Part shown: positions 61,110 through 64,000 of the stretch, piece by piece
How the letters are laid out: every line of letters starts with the position of its first letter
Position numbering within the stretch: position 1 is the stretch's first letter
Assembly: GCA_016932575.1 (NCBI GenBank)
Contig: JAFGCO010000006.1
Location: 16,238 to 80,237 of the forward strand
Length of the DNA: 64,000 nt
Origin: a bacterium
Lineage (GTDB): Bacteria; Zhuqueibacterota; QNDG01; JAFGCO01
Direction of reading: 5' to 3'
The notes under the pieces: generated by a model
Database searches by the model: none
What the model was told of the DNA's origin: nothing
The model's input: only the letters and a program-made list of their open reading frames with translations
Position numbers and translations under genes: made by a program

Positions 61110-61941
61110 TCAAAATTATCGGTCCTGGAAAGGACGTTTGGTGCCCTACCCGCGGGCATGGTGGGTCATTGCGAAAACCCATATACGGCTTAGATGGAAA
61201 CGAGGGGTGATTGCATTGCTTATCCTGGCTGCTTTTCCTTTTCTCATGAAGGCCCTTCAGATTTTAGCCATGGCACGTTTGGAAGATTACGATTTGCTTG
61301 CCCAGTTTGCCAGAGATTTGGAAATTGACGCCAGGTTTTTCAGGGATTTTCTCCAGGGGCAGTCCTTTTGGTTTATTTTAATGGTGATTCTTACAGGTGC
61401 AGGTTTAATTGCCAATGATCATAAATACAAAGCAAACCAGCTCTATTTTTCAAAACCGATGACTTACTGGGATTATATGGCCGGGAAGTTTATGACGGTC
61501 GGATTCTATGGAGGCATTATTACAATTGCGCCGGCGCTTCTCCTTTTCGGAATGCAACTGGTTTTAGCGGAGAACAGCAATTTTATCAAATCATTTTTCT
61601 GGATTCCGTTTGCGATTCTGGGATTTGGATTGATTGCCCTCCTGATATTCGGCTGTGTAATGCTTGTCCTGTCCGCCTTGGTATCCGCTCGTTCTGCCGG
61701 GATCTTCTTTTTTGCCTTTTTGATTTTTCCAGATATTATTCGTGCGATCCTTTCAAACGTTCCGGAAATCGGGCTGATTTCTATCGGGGCAAATGTCAAA
61801 CAGGTTGGAGCTGTGATCTTTGGCCTGTCCAGGCCTTATGATTATTCCGCCTGGCTGGCAGGAGGGGCACTGCTGATTATATTTTTACTCTGCCTGGCCA
61901 TTTTGCGATGGCGCATTCGGCCCAGTGAGGTGGTCACATGA
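61096..61941 (+). CDS. ABC-2 family permease
   Basis: Six TM segments. Start overlaps the upstream ATPase stop. Confidence 0.7.
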   Translation: MPVYDQNYRSWKGRLVPYPRAWWVIAKTHIRLRWKRGVIALLILAAFPFLMKALQILAMARLEDYDLLAQFARDLEIDARFFRDFLQGQSFWFILMVILTGAGLIANDHKYKANQLYFSKPMTYWDYMAGKFMTVGFYGGIITIAPALLLFGMQLVLAENSNFIKSFFWIPFAILGFGLIALLIFGCVMLVLSALVSARSAGIFFFAFLIFPDIIRAILSNVPEIGLISIGANVKQVGAVIFGLSRPYDYSAWLAGGALLIIFLLCLAILRWRIRPSEVVT

Positions 61942-62858
61942 TTATTAATGTATTTGATCTTTCAAAATGGTACGGTCAGGTCATTGCCGTTAATAATTTA
62001 ACGTTTTCTGTTGATCCGGGAGTCACCGGATTTTTAGGACCCAATGGTGCCGGAAAGACGACTTTAATGCGTATGCTGATAGGACAGCTCAAACCCAGCC
62101 AGGGTACCATCACGATTGACGGGGAAACGATCTGGAATAATCATATGCTGATGCGCCGTATCGGTTACTGCCCGGAACAGGACGCTTTCTGGCAATACTT
62201 GACAGGGCGCGATTTTGTCCATGCGCTGGTGCGGTTACAGGGTTTTTCTTCAGATCAGGCAATGGAAAAAGCTGAGGCAGCCATTCGTCTTGTGAATATG
62301 GAAAAAGATCAAGATCGAAAAATTGGCAGCTACAGCAAAGGTATGCGGCAGCGAATTAAACTGGCTCAGGCTATTGCTCATGATCCGGACATTCTGTTTT
62401 TGGATGAGCCGCTGAACGGCCTGGATCCCATGGGCAGGCACCAGATGATGCAGCTTATAAAGGAACTTGGCAATCAGGGTAAAATTGTTGTGGTGTCCAG
62501 CCATATATTGCATGAGGTAGAGGCCATGACCGATACCATTTTATTGATTAATCACGGCCGGCTTTTAGCTCAGGGCACGATTTATGAGATCCGTAAACTC
62601 ATTGATTCCCATCCGCTGCAGGTAACCATCCGATGTCAACAGGTGGATAGGCTGACAGCCCTTTTAATGGCCTTTGAAGATGTACTCAGCGTTCATTTTA
62701 ATCGAGAAAAAAGCCAGGTTACGGTGGAAACAAACCAACCGGAATTGTTTCACCAACGTTTGCCGAAACTGGCGATTGATGAAAACTTGAAAATCACCTC
62801 TCTCTGGTCACCAGATGAAAATCTGGATGCGATTTTCGATTACCTGGTGGGAGGATGA
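61938..62858 (+). CDS. ABC transporter ATP-binding protein (second ATPase)
   Basis: Walker A GPNGAGKT, signature YSKGMRQR, Walker B ILFLDEPLNGLD. 4-nt overlap with the upstream gene. Confidence 0.85.
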   Translation: MIINVFDLSKWYGQVIAVNNLTFSVDPGVTGFLGPNGAGKTTLMRMLIGQLKPSQGTITIDGETIWNNHMLMRRIGYCPEQDAFWQYLTGRDFVHALVRLQGFSSDQAMEKAEAAIRLVNMEKDQDRKIGSYSKGMRQRIKLAQAIAHDPDILFLDEPLNGLDPMGRHQMMQLIKELGNQGKIVVVSSHILHEVEAMTDTILLINHGRLLAQGTIYEIRKLIDSHPLQVTIRCQQVDRLTALLMAFEDVLSVHFNREKSQVTVETNQPELFHQRLPKLAIDENLKITSLWSPDENLDAIFDYLVGG

Positions 62859-63646
62859 GGATGCTTTCTCTGTTCCAGTTTTTCATGAAATGTTTTTTAC
62901 GCAGCAAGCGTATGCTCTGGCTTGTGCTGCTGGGTCTGGTTCCGGTTTTTTATGTGTTTTTGGTATATCTACTCAAACCCATTGTGTTAAGTGATGACTT
63001 TTTGATCTGTGGTGTTTTTCCCAAACTTGCTTTTTCCATGTATTTGCATTTTTTACTTCCCCTGATGTCAGTGTTTATCGGAACGTCGGTCATCATGGAT
63101 GAAGTGGAGTCCGCAACATTGCCCTATCTTCTGGTCAGGCCCATTCCACGCTGGCAGATTGCATTTGCCAAAACACTGGTCGGTGAGGTGTTGCTGGCTA
63201 TCATTTTATGTGGCTCGCTTTTTATTTCCTACGGATTGATGAGCCTGGATGGCGAAATGATCGATATATGTTCAATCAGCACATTAATGTCTGCTGTTTT
63301 TGTTTTGGCAATCGGATGTTTTGCCTATGTTCCGCTTTTTAGCTTTTTGGGAGGATTGATTAAAAAACCGGTATTAAGCGGATTGCTGTTTACCTTTGGC
63401 TGGGAAAAAATCGTCGGATCTTTACCCGGAAGTCTCCGATTTACCACTCTGATAACTTATTTGAACAGTATGTTTCCATTCAAAGAAAAGGGGGAAGCGT
63501 CCGGTGTGTTCAGTCTTTTAAGAGCCACTGCCACAATCCTTACCACCTGGAAAGCCATCTTTGTTTTGATTGGCCTCATGCTTATTTTTCACTGGCTGAC
63601 AACTTCTCTTCTGTCCTGGAAGGAATATGCGTATGAAGAAGAGTAA
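62855..63646 (+). CDS. ABC-2 family permease (second)
   Basis: Multi-TM. 4-nt overlap (ATGA) with the upstream ATPase. Confidence 0.7.
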   Translation: MRMLSLFQFFMKCFLRSKRMLWLVLLGLVPVFYVFLVYLLKPIVLSDDFLICGVFPKLAFSMYLHFLLPLMSVFIGTSVIMDEVESATLPYLLVRPIPRWQIAFAKTLVGEVLLAIILCGSLFISYGLMSLDGEMIDICSISTLMSAVFVLAIGCFAYVPLFSFLGGLIKKPVLSGLLFTFGWEKIVGSLPGSLRFTTLITYLNSMFPFKEKGEASGVFSLLRATATILTTWKAIFVLIGLMLIFHWLTTSLLSWKEYAYEEE

Positions 63647-63825
63647 TCCCGAGATCCTGCTGTTTCACTCTTGAATGTTCATTATCTTTTATCAATGCTT
63701 TCATTCCGTTTGATTGATTAATATAAGATCCAAATTTAAATTGCTTTAACGGCATATTATTTGCAGTTATCATCATTTTGATTTGTCAAGGAATAATGAT
63801 GATATATTAAGGAGAAGCAATAGCG

Positions 63826-64000
63826 TTGAAGCAAATTGTTATTATTTTGTTGACTTGCCTGGCGGGCATTTTTTATTCATGGGCACAGGAGAAGAAGGAA
63901 GAATTGGATTTAACGAAACTGAGCCTGGAAGAATTGATGTCGCTTGAGGTTACCACTGCATCTAAAAAACCGCAAAAATTAACAGATGCTTCGGCTTCCG
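63826..64000 (+). CDS. TonB-dependent receptor, N-terminal fragment (3' end lies outside the window)
   Basis: TTG start after an AAGGAGAAG SD. Signal peptide. TonB-box/plug-like LEELMSLEVTTASKKPQKLTDASAS. Confidence 0.6.
   Translation, partial: MKQIVIILLTCLAGIFYSWAQEKKEELDLTKLSLEELMSLEVTTASKKPQKLTDASAS

Overview
This 64 kb window reads as a chromosomal segment of a Gram-negative bacterium that carries a type IX secretion system (T9SS). It is probably a non-Bacteroidia member of the FCB group (Fibrobacterota-Chlorobiota-Bacteroidota superphylum). Two things point that way: T9SS C-terminal sorting domains, and Shine-Dalgarno sites (AGGAGG) used upstream of many genes. This organism call is inference.

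Most of the window is housekeeping. It holds a glycolytic operon gap-pgk-tpiA-secG followed by tRNA-Leu(GAG), under a textbook sigma70 promoter, and a 419-aa phosphofructokinase that looks like the long PPi-dependent type. It also holds cysS, a thrA-asd-slyD-deaD string, nth, pepD, comF, an aspartate racemase, an orphan PAS/HisKA_2 kinase, an OmpR-type two-component system, an RnfB-like ferredoxin, a fused membrane/spermidine-synthase protein, and a double ABC-2 exporter. The window ends in a truncated TonB-dependent receptor gene.

The accessory highlights are these:
- A roughly 2.6 kb low-GC islet at about 16.7-19.3 kb. It holds about 0.9 kb of ORF-free DNA plus one gene for a protein with a sigma70-region-4-like HTH, a beta-sandwich domain and a C-terminal TIR domain.
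- A tightly packed six-gene minus-strand cluster (30.7-39.6 kb). It encodes a TPR/CsgG-like lipoprotein, a 1469-aa propeller/Ig-like T9SS cargo protein, two beta-barrel outer-membrane proteins, a secreted protein, and a double zinc-ribbon protein.
- A glycoside-hydrolase gene with a T9SS C-terminal domain, split by a 7-A homopolymer frameshift.
- A LemA / M48-zinc-ribbon peptidase / phosphoesterase cluster.
- A divergent FemAB-like / polysaccharide-deacetylase pair.

No CRISPR array, rRNA, transposase or integrase was recognised.
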